Shown here one piece after another: positions 9,870-19,773 of a stretch of 44,540 nt of DNA. This DNA is from Methylococcales bacterium. Lineage in GTDB: Bacteria; Pseudomonadota; Gammaproteobacteria; Methylococcales; UBA1147. Position 1 is the stretch's first letter. Each line of letters begins with the position of its first letter. Made by a program: the position numbers and the translations under genes. The notes under the pieces were generated by a model. It saw only the letters and a list, made by a program, of their open reading frames with translations, was not told the origin of the DNA and searched no databases. Where the stretch lies: the NCBI GenBank assembly GCA_050740335.1, contig JBOICY010000486.1, positions 1 through 44,540 on the forward strand, read 5' to 3'.

Positions 9870-10969
9870 ATGGCCATGATGAACGAACACCAGTCACGAC
9901 TTTTGCAGGCAATTTTCGCATTTTTTCTGGGTGAACCCAACGCACATTTGAGCTTCAGCCAACGCCTGGCGCGAGAGAACCGCTGGTCTCAGAATACACC
10001 CTAAGAGTGATCGTAGAATATCTAAAATACATTTTCCTGGCCATGGTGGTCGGGCGGGACGTGCACTTCGTGCGAGTGAATACCCGCAGCCATTGGTTGT
10101 TGCCGAAGGTTTCGTCAGCAATCGCGGCGGTTGTGCTCGGTCTGGTTCTCGTGATTTTTACAAATAGCGCTTTCGCCCGGGAACTGCCGAATTCGTTGAA
10201 CCTCCTGGATCAATTGGCGCTGGTCGGGGTGTACGCAATTATAGGACTGGTCCTGCTGACACTTGTGGTATCGCGGCGAATATCGAAGACGAGCCCGCCC
10301 TTGGCTGTGGGAAGACCTCTCGACCCGCCCTTGACCGCGGAAGAACTGGCCTACCTGGCCGGCTGGCAGAACAGGCTTGTGGAGACTGTGCTGGTGGGCT
10401 TGGTGCAACGGGGCGGCGTGAGCCTCGATAAGAATGGCCGCACCTTGCAGATCCGCCGGCCGGGCATCAACTACTCGCCACTCGAACAGCGCATCGTCGA
10501 GTCCATTGCTTCCGGCAATACCATCGAGAGAATTGATCTGGCCGATTCAGACACGGCGGATATACGCGCACGTCTGCGAAACATGGGTCTGGTGAAGGGG
10601 TCGTCTCAAACCCGGACCCCCTGGTTCGTCTCCGGCTTAAATTTTGTAACAGCCGGGTTGCTATTCTTCGGACAACCCGTGGGCTGGCTGTTGCCGATCG
10701 TTTGCGTCGGCATTACCTGGCTGCACGTTTTGTTCGACTCCCTGCACCGTAGCGCCTACGGCGACAATGTGTTGGCGCACGCCCAGGGTCAAGCCGTCGA
10801 CAAATAGACGCCGCAGGGTTTGTTGCGGGCAGTGGCGCTGTTTGGCGCAATAGAGGCCCTGCAAAGTACAGCCTTCGCCGAGCTGCGCCAAGCCTTTGAG
10901 AACGGCAAAAGCGGTGCCGGAGGTGATGGCGGTTGCGGGAGCTGCGGAGCTTGCGGTGGTTGCGGTTGA
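9870..10969 (+). pseudogene. TIGR04222-like membrane protein with Gly/Cys tail, disrupted by one frameshift and one in-frame TAG
   Basis: ATG 9870 opens a 44-aa ORF (MAMMNEHQSRLLQAIFAFFLGEPNAHLSFSQRLARENRWSQNTP*). The motif continues in another frame (EYTLRVIVEYLKYIFLAMVVGRDVHFVRVNT...), which is the 10007-10807 ORF. After TAG 10805-10807 the same frame stays open for 53 codons and ends [15 protein letters not shown] at 10969. Confidence 0.55.
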
Positions 10970-11153
10970 GGCTGATCAACAGTGCCGCCTCGATAGACGG
11001 CTTGCCGTGCAAACACCGTGGGAGCGGTTTGAGACCGCGAAAGCGAATCACGTCGATACGCGATCGCGGATGCAATTCGCTCCCGCTTCAACCGGCATAT
11101 GCGTTGGACATCAATACATTTTCGAACTACAGACCGACTCAGGAAAAACGAAC

Positions 11154-12527
11154 ATGCCTACCTTATTCAAACAACTCTACTTTCAAGTTCTTGTCGCGAT
11201 CGTACTCGGCGGTGTGGTGGCGGCCTGGTTTCCCGACTTCGCCGTGAAACTAAACCCGCTGGCGACAGGCTTCATCAAGCTCATCAAAATGATGATCGGT
11301 CCGATCGTGTTCGCCACGGTGGTCCTGGGCATCGCCCGGATGGGCGGGCCGAAGACCGCGGGCCGTCTGAGTCTCAAGGCTCTGCTCTATTTCGAGGCGG
11401 TATCGACCCTGGCTCTGGTGATCGGCCTCGTGGTCGGCAATCTCCTTCAGCCCGGCACCGGCATCCATGCCGATCCGGCCAGCCTGAACGCCGAGGCCGT
11501 GAAAAGCTACACCACAAGCGGTGCCCAGCCTCTGAATCCGGTGGATTTCCTGCTCAATATCATTCCCGCTAGCGCGGTCGATGCCTTCGCCAAGGGTGAG
11601 ATCCTCCAAGTGCTGCTGTTTTCCGTATTGTTCGGCCTGGCCTTGGGCCATTTGTCCGATCACGCCAAAACCGTAGCCAGGGATGCCGAAGCCGCCGACC
11701 GGGAAGGGCACCCCGGGAGAGCCGCCGCTTTACGCCAGCGCAGCCGGTTCATCGGCGAGGCCCGCGAGCGGGTGATCCAGGGCCTGGAATATCTCGAAAC
11801 CGCGTTTTTCGAGTTGATCCATCTGATCACCCGGCTGGCTCCACTGGGCGCTTTCGGCGCAATGGCCTTCGCCTTGGGCAACTACGGGTTGGGTGTGCTA
11901 TGGTCTTTGGGCTTGTTGATGGCAGGCGTTTATCTGACCTGTTTCTTCTTCGTCGTCCTGGTCCTGGGCATGATCGCCCGCTGGACCGGCTACAGTTTGT
12001 GGGAGCTGATCAAATATCTCCGGGAGGAGTTGCTGATCGTGCTCGGCACCTGCTCGTCGGAAACCGTGCTGCCCGCTCTGATGGAGAAACTCGAGGCGCT
12101 GGGAGTCGAGCGCGCAGTGGTGGGTCTCGTGACACCGCTGGGTTATTCGTTCAACCTGGACGGTACCTCGATCTATCTGACCATGGCGGTGGTATTCATC
12201 GCCCAAGCCACCGGGGTGGACTTAAGCCTCGGCCAGCAACTCGGTCTTCTGGCATTGCTGCTGGTGACTTCCAAAGGCGCGGCCGCGGTCACCGGCAGCG
12301 CCTTCGTGACCCTGGCCGCGACGCTGGCCGCCCAAGACACCCTGCCTATCGCGGGACTGGCCTTGCTGTTGGGTGTCGACCGGTTCATGTCGGAAGCACG
12401 CGCGTTGACCAATCTGGTCGGGAATGCCGTCGCGACTCTGGCGATCGCGCGCTGGGAAAATGCGCTGAACGACGAGAAACTGGCCTTATTGAAAACAAAT
12501 GGACGCAGGAGAAAACGCAATGAATGA
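11154..12527 (+). CDS. dctA: C4-dicarboxylate / amino acid:cation symporter (DAACS family)
   Basis: [19 protein letters not shown] ... [12 protein letters not shown] ... [16 protein letters not shown] ... [19 protein letters not shown] are all close to DctA. The ORF extension back to 10896 does not look coding. Confidence 0.9.
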   Translation: MPTLFKQLYFQVLVAIVLGGVVAAWFPDFAVKLNPLATGFIKLIKMMIGPIVFATVVLGIARMGGPKTAGRLSLKALLYFEAVSTLALVIGLVVGNLLQPGTGIHADPASLNAEAVKSYTTSGAQPLNPVDFLLNIIPASAVDAFAKGEILQVLLFSVLFGLALGHLSDHAKTVARDAEAADREGHPGRAAALRQRSRFIGEARERVIQGLEYLETAFFELIHLITRLAPLGAFGAMAFALGNYGLGVLWSLGLLMAGVYLTCFFFVVLVLGMIARWTGYSLWELIKYLREELLIVLGTCSSETVLPALMEKLEALGVERAVVGLVTPLGYSFNLDGTSIYLTMAVVFIAQATGVDLSLGQQLGLLALLLVTSKGAAAVTGSAFVTLAATLAAQDTLPIAGLALLLGVDRFMSEARALTNLVGNAVATLAIARWENALNDEKLALLKTNGRRRKRNE

Positions 12528-12634
12528 ACAAACACCAACCAATCTTTTCAAGGCGGTTGAATTCGGTCATGATGACTTCACTTTGCTAGTGGGACAGGTT
12601 GGCATCGGAGCCCTTCTGGCGCTCATGGTAATGG

Positions 12635-13586
12635 ATGCTGACCTCAAACAATCCGCTCTGGGCTTGGGTTCGATCCGGCGTAGCCCGGCAACTCGCGCTG
12701 ATCGTGCTGTTCGGAGGCATGGCGGTTGTCGACGATCGGACCTGTCCGGTTTTGGATCTGAACGAACAAGACAACTCCGTAAAGGCGAGCGGAGCGGCTT
12801 ACAGCTTAAAAGAACAAGACCACCCGTTAGAGAAGGATGAGGCACTTATCAGTCTGCGCGATACAATTGTTACTGTGGCGGGTTTAGCTCTATCCGTTCA
12901 TCGCGATATTGAAATTGTCGCCGTAGCCAGAACCACGGAAGACGCTTGGCAAGCGATTCAGAAACTCAAACCGGATCTGGTGATCCTGGATATCGAGATC
13001 AGAAGGGAAACCGAGGATGCGGGCCTGAAACTGGCGCGGCAGATAGATGATGAGATCGAGAAGCCACCGCATATCGTTTGCCTCAGTCAACACAAAAATT
13101 ATGCCGACGATGCCTCCGAGTGCCATCCGGTCGTTTTCCTGACCAAACCCGTAAACCCGGACAAACTGGCAAAGTACCTGCAGTGGATTAGCGACCACCG
13201 GGCAGAACGGGGAGGAACGGGCGGGTGTATTTGGGTACCAGGTAAGGTGGATGGGCTACGAGGCGATTTCGGCGTGGAACCCGGAGAAATATTATACGTC
13301 GAAACTCAGGAAGAGCGGCCTAACTTCATGGTGATTCATTTGAGGGAAAGGCGCATCACGGACATCCATAATACCCTCAATGCCTGAAAAGGACTTCTGT
13401 CGCATCCACGATCGATGTCTCCTGAGCCTTAGCTGCTTTGAACGAGCGGGCAAGATTTCGGCCAACGACGACGGAACCTATACACTGAGCCTCTTCGGTA
13501 ACGATCTACCATTCCTCTTAGCCAGGCCTAGAGTGAATCGTTTGAAAAGGGCACTGGAGGACTATCAAAGACAACAGAAAAAATGA
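12635..13586 (+). CDS. response regulator with LytTR DNA-binding domain, split by a frameshift near 13380
   Basis: Receiver-like PDLVILDIEI and VVFLTKP. The LytTR domain starts in ORF 12635-13387 (EILYVETQEERPNFMVIHL) and continues in ORF 13380-13586 (FCRIHDRCLLSL ... YTLSLFGNDLPFLLARP). The true start is uncertain; ATG 12719 gives MAVVDD. Confidence 0.6.
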
Positions 13587-13862
13587 AGCTCGTCTCACTG
13601 CCTCCGGCTCCTTTGGGAGGAAGAAGTCCACGCCATTATCCTACGACCCCATTTTGGATAGAAAATAGATGAAAGAATGAGGTATCCAATCAACATCCCC
13701 CTATGCATGCATCCCACAAAATGCGATCGGAGACTCTGTCGAAATACCGCTTTCGAGTATCCGGGCAAAATAAAAACAGGGTGGATAAGGAACGTAGAAT
13801 CCGACCGGTTCCGCTAAATAGCCCGAAACCAGGGCCGAACTTTACAGAAATTCCTCGGAAAA

Positions 13863-14471
13863 TCAAGTAGAGTTAGGTCGTTTCCTGAGAGCCGCCTTCT
13901 GTTTCTTGAAGACATGGCGGGTCAGCAATTCGCGATCGTAATCGGCAAGACCGATAAAATCGACACCGACATTGAATCCAAATTCAGTCTTGGATTGATC
14001 CACCCGAGTATTGCAATGCACAACCCGCCCAAGCGCCACGATCGCAACCAGCGAAGGCGGCAAAATCATTTTCAGCTCCAGTACCGTACCGGCTTGAATT
14101 TCCGTTTCCGATGCGAATGCCAGCCCGGATGCACTCAGGTCCACTTCCCGTGCAGGCTGACTCGGAAGGGACAGATCGCTGACCAACAGCGCTTGCGCGA
14201 TCAGGTCTATTTTTTTATCGAGGATTGTCAAACAGGAGATGAGTTCGGGATTTCCTTTTTCCAGAATTTTCATCTGCGTTCTACTTTCTTCGCTCAGTTG
14301 ATTCAGCGCGGAGCTTAGAGAAAAGCCACTGACTACCTGGTATTTCAATCCTTGGGCATTTCCGGCATCCGCCTGCGTAACTTCATTGAAGAAAAGAATG
14401 ATTTCATCCTTGACGCGGAAATGACTCCTGCGTTCGGCTTCACTTTGTTTGGAACCTTTTGGAGACATCAC
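13863..14471 (-). CDS. PilZ-domain (c-di-GMP-binding type) protein
   Basis: ERRSHFRV matches the RxxxR motif and DLSASGLAF matches D/NxSxxG. The start (ATG 14468 or GTG 14471) overlaps the fbaB stop. Confidence 0.7.
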   Translation of the reverse strand: MMSPKGSKQSEAERRSHFRVKDEIILFFNEVTQADAGNAQGLKYQVVSGFSLSSALNQLSEESRTQMKILEKGNPELISCLTILDKKIDLIAQALLVSDLSLPSQPAREVDLSASGLAFASETEIQAGTVLELKMILPPSLVAIVALGRVVHCNTRVDQSKTEFGFNVGVDFIGLADYDRELLTRHVFKKQKAALRKRPNST

Positions 14472-15520
14472 GCGATGGTTATGGCAGGAGCCAGATAAAC
14501 GTCCTGAATCGCGTTCAACAAAGCGACCCCGTCGGGCATCGACTTTTGGAAGGCCTTGCGCCCTGTAATCAGCCCCATCCCCCCGGCCCTTTTGTTGATG
14601 ACCGCGGTACGGACCGCTTCGGCAAGGTCGCCGCTCCCCGACGACGCACCACCGGAATTGATCAAACCGGCTCGCCCCATGAAACAGTTGGCCACCTGAT
14701 AGCGAACCAGATCGATTGGATGATCACCGCACAATTTGCCATACATGGCCGGGTGAGTCTTGCCGAATTTGATCGCCGTAAAGCCGCCGTTGTTCTCGGC
14801 CATTTTCTGCTTCACGATATCGGCATCGATCGTTGCGGCCAGATGATTGGCCTGACCGGTCAGATCGGCCGCGACATGGTAATCGGTTCCATCCTGTTTA
14901 AACGCGGAGTTGCGCAGATAAGCCCATAATACGGTGGCCATGCCCAGTTCATTGGCTCTGGAAAAAGCCTCGCTGATTTCCTGGATCTGCCTTCGGGATT
15001 CCTCGGAACCATAATAGATCGTCGCCCCGACCGCGACCGCCCCCATGTCGAAGGCCTGCTCGACGCTTGCAAACAGGGTTTGATCGTACTGCTGCGGGTA
15101 GGTCAGTAATTCACTATGATTGATTTTCAGGATAAACGGAATCTTATGCGCATATTTCCGGCATACCGAACTGAGTACGCCGAGCGTCGAGGCCACCGCG
15201 TTACACCCTCCCTCGATCGCGAGTCTGAGGATGTTCTCGGGATCAAAATAAAGCGGGTTCGGCGCGAAGGAGGCCCCCGCGGTATGCTCGATCCCCTGAT
15301 CCACCGGAAGGATCGACAGGTATCCCGTGCCCGCAAGACGGCCATGATCAAACATTGACTGCAAACTGCCCAGCACCCGCGTGGTCCGGTTTTTCTGCGC
15401 GACAACGCGGTCGACAAAGTCGGGTCCAGGCAGATGAAGAAGATCTTTTGAAATCGTTTTACATTTGTAATTCAGCAAGTTATCCGCTTCATCCGCGAGC
15501 AGAACCTCAATGTCGGTCAT
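14468..15520 (-). CDS. fbaB: class I fructose-bisphosphate aldolase (FbaB/DhnA family)
   Basis: 350 aa and nearly colinear with E. coli FbaB as I remember it (MTDI...[15 protein letters not shown]...[12 protein letters not shown]...[12 protein letters not shown]...ITIA). Confidence 0.95.
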   Translation of the reverse strand: MTDIEVLLADEADNLLNYKCKTISKDLLHLPGPDFVDRVVAQKNRTTRVLGSLQSMFDHGRLAGTGYLSILPVDQGIEHTAGASFAPNPLYFDPENILRLAIEGGCNAVASTLGVLSSVCRKYAHKIPFILKINHSELLTYPQQYDQTLFASVEQAFDMGAVAVGATIYYGSEESRRQIQEISEAFSRANELGMATVLWAYLRNSAFKQDGTDYHVAADLTGQANHLAATIDADIVKQKMAENNGGFTAIKFGKTHPAMYGKLCGDHPIDLVRYQVANCFMGRAGLINSGGASSGSGDLAEAVRTAVINKRAGGMGLITGRKAFQKSMPDGVALLNAIQDVYLAPAITIA

Positions 15521-15546
15521 TTTTACAACACCTCGTCGCTGTTCGA

Positions 15547-15984
15547 TTATTCAGGGTCTGGTTTTTCGATCCGCAGTCCATCCTTGCGCCACTGGGACAT
15601 GTGGCCATCCAATAAGTGGACATCCCGGAAGCCCCGATTCTTCAAACCCCAGGACGCGATATACGCTCGCGGGCCGTGTTCGCAGTAGACGACAACCGGC
15701 CGCTCGGGGTCCGCGGGAATCTGTTCCCGATCGAACCAGGGTGTCCAGAACGATAGGTGACGAGCCCCGGGAACATGGCCGGCATTGTATTCCAGCATCG
15801 ACCGGACATCGAGGATCACGGGTTTCCAGCCCGCGCCGATTTCTTCCACCAACCTCGGACCGGTGAGCGCCGGACGGGCATTGTCCCGGCTGGCGCAGCC
15901 ATAGAACACTAAGCCTGCAAGAACCATCACCAACAGACTCTGTCGGCCGAAACAGCAGTCGGAAACTTTGCATTCAATATTCAT
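15547..15984 (-). CDS. rhodanese-domain protein, probably a lipoprotein or exported
   Basis: N-terminal hydrophobic segment with Cys ([10 protein letters not shown]). Rhodanese motifs [19 protein letters not shown] and active-site loop [10 protein letters not shown]. Confidence 0.8.
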   Translation of the reverse strand: MNIECKVSDCCFGRQSLLVMVLAGLVFYGCASRDNARPALTGPRLVEEIGAGWKPVILDVRSMLEYNAGHVPGARHLSFWTPWFDREQIPADPERPVVVYCEHGPRAYIASWGLKNRGFRDVHLLDGHMSQWRKDGLRIEKPDPE

Positions 15985-16166
15985 ACGCAGACCTCTGGCT
16001 CATTGATCGGGGCCACGCGGAATCGTGACAATATTTACGTGAAAATTATCCAGTACATTTCATCACAATATTGTCCCAATTTCATCTTAAATCCGCCGCG
16101 CCTCAATCAGTTTTCGAAGCGGTGGGACGATGACGGCGGCCCATTCTCGATGTTATGATCGGATCA

Positions 16167-16647
16167 TGGCCAAATTCAATCTCCCGACAGCACGGTTCCT
16201 GCAATTTAATCCGCCAATCCAGACCGGCCCGGTCATTCATCGGACAGGCGCCTCGAACGGATTCTTCGCGAAGGGCTATTTGCGGTAAGGGCCGAACTCA
16301 ACCCGCCCGATTCGGCGCACGCGGAGGATGTCTTACCGCCGCGCCAGGGTCTTCGATGGCTTCATCGACGCCATGAACGCGACCGGCGGCGCCGGAGCCA
16401 ACTGTCCAGTGTCGCGGTGTGCGCCTTGCTGAGCCGGGTCGGATATGCGCCGGTCATGCAGGTCGCGTGTCGGGACAAGAACCGAATCGCGATTCAGGGG
16501 GATGTGCTCGGCGCGGCCGCCTTGGGCGTCTGCAATAGTCTGTGCCTGACCAGTGACAGCGTTCAGGCCGGCGTGCTCGACGGCCGCACGCCGTGGTATC
16601 CGGAACGCGAGCGAATTCCCGGCGATTGCGCTCAGGAAACGGATTGA
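16167..16647 (+). pseudogene. remnant of a MetF-type methylenetetrahydrofolate reductase-like gene: N-terminal third only, with multiple frameshifts
   Basis: Motifs are spread over three frames: FFAKGYLR* / AELNPPDSAHAEDVL / ARVFDGFIDAMNATGGAGAN / SRVGYAPVMQVACRDKNRIAIQGDVLGAAALGVCNSLCLTSD. The reading ends where the convergent MCP-like gene stops. Coordinates are +/-1 here. Confidence 0.5.
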
Positions 16648-17561
16648 GGAACCTCGAATTCCGTTTCGTCAATCACATCCAGGAGACCGTTGGACAGACT
16701 GTCGGCGAGCGCATGCACCTTGGATTCAAGCTCAAGAATCCTTTTAGTACCGCTGTCGAGGTTGGAGATGGATCGAGCCGCGATTTGATCCAGCTTTGTC
16801 AACTCATTTTCAAGTTCGCAGAAACCGTCCAGCACTTCGTCGACTTCCCGCGCCGGTGCTTCACTATTCCGTTGCAGCACCTGAATGATCCTTTCAAGGT
16901 CATGCTGGGTCTTATCCACCAATTCGTAGATATCCATGACCGTATCGGTCGTTTCGCCGGAAAGCCTGCGCATACAATCCGCGAAAACCGAGAAGCCGCG
17001 GCCGGTTTCTCCGGCCCGGGAGGCTTCCAAACTCGCATTCGCGGCGAGTAAATTGACCTCCGCGGCAATACTTCTTACGCGCACCGACTGTTCTTCAATC
17101 TCGCCGAGTGATGTGATTAAATCCTTTAACCATTCGATCGACATCCCGGGCGGTTTGGCGGAGCGTATAAACCGATCGAATTGATCGTGCAGAGGGATCG
17201 CGGACTCCATGATCCGGGTGCGAAAACCCCGCGATTCCTGCAGATCGGAAAGCGATCCCCGCAGCAGCGAGTAAACATTCGTCAATTCGTCCGAAATCAA
17301 TTCGACGCAATGGCTGTTTGCGGCGACCACGTCACCGATCGTGCATTTCCGGCTTTCCCAATGCCCCTGATTCGGGCTCGGAAACGGTTCCGTGTACTCG
17401 GTCTGTGCGCCGGCCGCACTTTCCAGTTCCTTGCGGTGTCTTTCCTTTAGCCGCTCTTTTTCCCGATCGTCAGCACGACGCTGGCAAAATGTCCCGAGAT
17501 ACCAACCACCGATACAGGCAATCAACGAGATAACGAGAATAGTGAAGATTTGATTCAGCAT
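16632..17561 (-). CDS. short methyl-accepting chemotaxis-type signalling protein (one TM segment plus an MCP signalling domain)
   Basis: N-terminal TM segment IFTILVISLIACIGGWYLG. The hairpin-tip motif IAAEVNLLAANASLEASRAGETGRGFSVFADCMRRLSGET resembles the conserved MCP core. Confidence 0.7.
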   Translation of the reverse strand: MLNQIFTILVISLIACIGGWYLGTFCQRRADDREKERLKERHRKELESAAGAQTEYTEPFPSPNQGHWESRKCTIGDVVAANSHCVELISDELTNVYSLLRGSLSDLQESRGFRTRIMESAIPLHDQFDRFIRSAKPPGMSIEWLKDLITSLGEIEEQSVRVRSIAAEVNLLAANASLEASRAGETGRGFSVFADCMRRLSGETTDTVMDIYELVDKTQHDLERIIQVLQRNSEAPAREVDEVLDGFCELENELTKLDQIAARSISNLDSGTKRILELESKVHALADSLSNGLLDVIDETEFEVPQSVS

Positions 17562-17642
17562 CGATCGGACAATTCATAAAGGATTTCCATTCCTAAAGGT
17601 ATAGATCAAACCAACTGGAATTCAACATTTCGAGTAACTATT

Positions 17643-17780
17643 CACCACAGAGAATACAGAGATCACGGAGTTTGTTGAAAAGTTATGCTTTACAGGCTCA
17701 TTACAGACTTTCTGATTAGTCCCGAATGAGGCATCTCTTCGTGATCATTGCGCTTCGTGTACTCTGTGCTCCCTGTGGTG
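17643..17780. repeat. about 140-bp intergenic element bounded by 28-bp imperfect inverted repeats (CACAGAG-rich)
   Basis: caccacagagaatacagagatcacggag (17643-17670) versus the reverse complement of cttcgtgtactctgtgctccctgtggtg (17753-17780). About 21 of 27 aligned positions match. Confidence 0.5.
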
Positions 17781-17859
17781 CATAAAATAGCTAAATTGAC
17801 TCTCGCTGAATGTTACCAATTCGAAATGCCGCCGCATCAAAGCAATACGCGGCGGTCTA

Positions 17860-19497
17860 CTAAGAATCCGCGGTTCGACACTTCATCTCGGCCAAAACGT
17901 CACGATTTTCAGGATGCCGGACCTGTCGTTTAGCGGCCATTAAAAGCTTGATCACCGGCAGGGGATTCTTGGATGCAACCAGAGTCGTTAGAATTCCACC
18001 CATCAAGGCGCCTACAATTCCATGACCCGCGGTATCCGAACCGGTCAGGTAGAGGTTTTTGACCGGTGTACGCGTCCTTAGCCAGCCTGCGGCCAATTTT
18101 TCGGGAGTACCGGGCAGACCGTAAATGCATCCGTCTCGATGGCCGGTAAAATCGGCGGTGGACAAGGGAGTGGAGACCTCGCAATAATCGACGAGGTTGG
18201 CAAAACCCGGAAATCGCAGGTCGACAAATTCAATCAAGGCCCTCGCCAGGTTGCGTTTGACTCTCGCGTAATCATCGCCGCGATGTCCCCAGCGCCGGTC
18301 GCTCCATTTTTTAAACGATTCCCTATCCACGAAAGTAATCAGCTCGGCCGTATGGCCGTCCGCTTCGGGGTCTTTCAGCGACGGGAAGGACAGGAAACAG
18401 CTCTTTACCCTAGCCTCGGGAACCGAATCCCGGCCCGAAACCATCGCGTCGTGATCGTAGCCGCTGTAGATCCAGCAGTTTTCCCCGCGAAATCCGAGCT
18501 TGGACGGCGACTCGCGGAAACCCAGATAAGCACAGACATGAAAAGTTCCCTCCGGGAAATTCCTGAGATCCTCTCTGAAAGATAACGAGAACTCCGCGGG
18601 AAGCAGTTGCTCGTAGGTGATATAGGCACCGGCGCAGGAAATAATTGAATCCGCATAATACTGCCGGATCGTATCCTTGCCTTTCACTGTGGAGACTGTC
18701 TCGACCCCGACCGCACGCCGCCCTTCGAGCAGAATCCGTCGCACACGATGACGGGTAAGCAGTTCGCCACCCGCGGCCTCAATGCATGGAATGATGCTAT
18801 CGGCAATGCTCCCGGCCCCGCCAAGCGGGTAATAGCCTCCATCCAGATAATGGCAGGCGATCACGGCGTGAACCGCGAATGCACTGCGCCCCGGCGGCAG
18901 GCCGGCATTGCCCCATTGCGAAAGCAACACCGCCTTAAGCTTTTCGTCGCGGAAATGTCGATTCAGATATTCGGCTGTCGTCATCATCCCTAATCGACGT
19001 CCGGCGAAGGTCCAAACAGCCGATAAAGGGTACAATCCGGCCGGCAGCAAGCGCGCGAACATCGAGCGACCGTACCATTGAGCCGCCGCAATCAAATCCT
19101 TGAAATATTGCTCGATCGCCCGTTGTTCTGCGGGAAAGCGTTCGATCAGGTCCGCGCGGAAACGACGAATCCCGGAACGCGCATCGAAGGTAAAATCCGG
19201 ATAGACAAAGCGGTCATAGACCTCGGGCATCGGACGCCAGTCAACCCCGGCCCCGGTGATCTGGTCAAACAGGACCCGGTAATGGCTTCCGGGGCCCATT
19301 TCACCCACGTAATGAACCCCCACGTCCCACTCGTAACGTCCCTTGCGCCGAAAGCTGTGGGTGAATCCGCCCACTCTGAAGTGGCGTTCCAGCACCAGCA
19401 CTTTTTTGTGATACAGACGGGCAAACAGACTGGCGCAGGTCAGACCACCGATCCCGGACCCGATGACGATTACATCAAAATGACTTCCGCCCGACAT
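17860..19497 (-). CDS. FAD-dependent oxidoreductase, phytoene desaturase (CrtI)/retinol-saturase-like family
   Basis: 545 aa. N-terminal FDVIVIGSGIGGLTCA ... VLVLERHFRVGGF dinucleotide-binding motif and a C-terminal LYLTGSDTAGHGIVGA. Confidence 0.8.
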   Translation of the reverse strand: MSGGSHFDVIVIGSGIGGLTCASLFARLYHKKVLVLERHFRVGGFTHSFRRKGRYEWDVGVHYVGEMGPGSHYRVLFDQITGAGVDWRPMPEVYDRFVYPDFTFDARSGIRRFRADLIERFPAEQRAIEQYFKDLIAAAQWYGRSMFARLLPAGLYPLSAVWTFAGRRLGMMTTAEYLNRHFRDEKLKAVLLSQWGNAGLPPGRSAFAVHAVIACHYLDGGYYPLGGAGSIADSIIPCIEAAGGELLTRHRVRRILLEGRRAVGVETVSTVKGKDTIRQYYADSIISCAGAYITYEQLLPAEFSLSFREDLRNFPEGTFHVCAYLGFRESPSKLGFRGENCWIYSGYDHDAMVSGRDSVPEARVKSCFLSFPSLKDPEADGHTAELITFVDRESFKKWSDRRWGHRGDDYARVKRNLARALIEFVDLRFPGFANLVDYCEVSTPLSTADFTGHRDGCIYGLPGTPEKLAAGWLRTRTPVKNLYLTGSDTAGHGIVGALMGGILTTLVASKNPLPVIKLLMAAKRQVRHPENRDVLAEMKCRTADS

Positions 19498-19773
19498 GCT
19501 ATTGAACTCAAGCGATGACCCTGTTCCGGGAATCTTATCACACGGTACGAAAGATCCAGGTAATCGAGCTGTCCCCGTCGGGGTGATCCGCCGGGAATCC
19601 CTTTTCCTGGCACTATCGCTTCGAAAAACGGCATGCTAAAATCCTTGGGTACGGAAATCGGAACCGCGCGCGCCGCTGGTTTTTTGCGATCGCAAATCGA
19701 ATAACGAACAGAAATTTTATCACTCCCCCGAACAACGACTGCCTATCTAAGAATTCCAGCTTTCCTAAACGGT

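Noticed and set aside
10896-11153. 86-codon N-terminal extension of the dctA ORF, starting at TTG 10896.
   Set aside because: The extension overlaps the Gly/Cys tail of the upstream pseudogene in another frame and does not look like protein. DctA homology begins at [10 protein letters not shown] (ATG 11154).
16027-16075. 9-bp inverted repeat gacaatatt / aatattgtc, 31 bp apart, upstream of the rhodanese gene, considered as a possible operator.
   Set aside because: It is short and AT-rich in an AT-rich spacer. It could easily arise by chance.
16141-16680. A 1-nt disagreement between my position counting from the printed sequence and the supplied ORF-track coordinates in this stretch only.
   Set aside because: This is most likely my own counting slip and is not treated as biology. 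ORF-track coordinates were used, and hand-derived ones here are flagged as +/-1.
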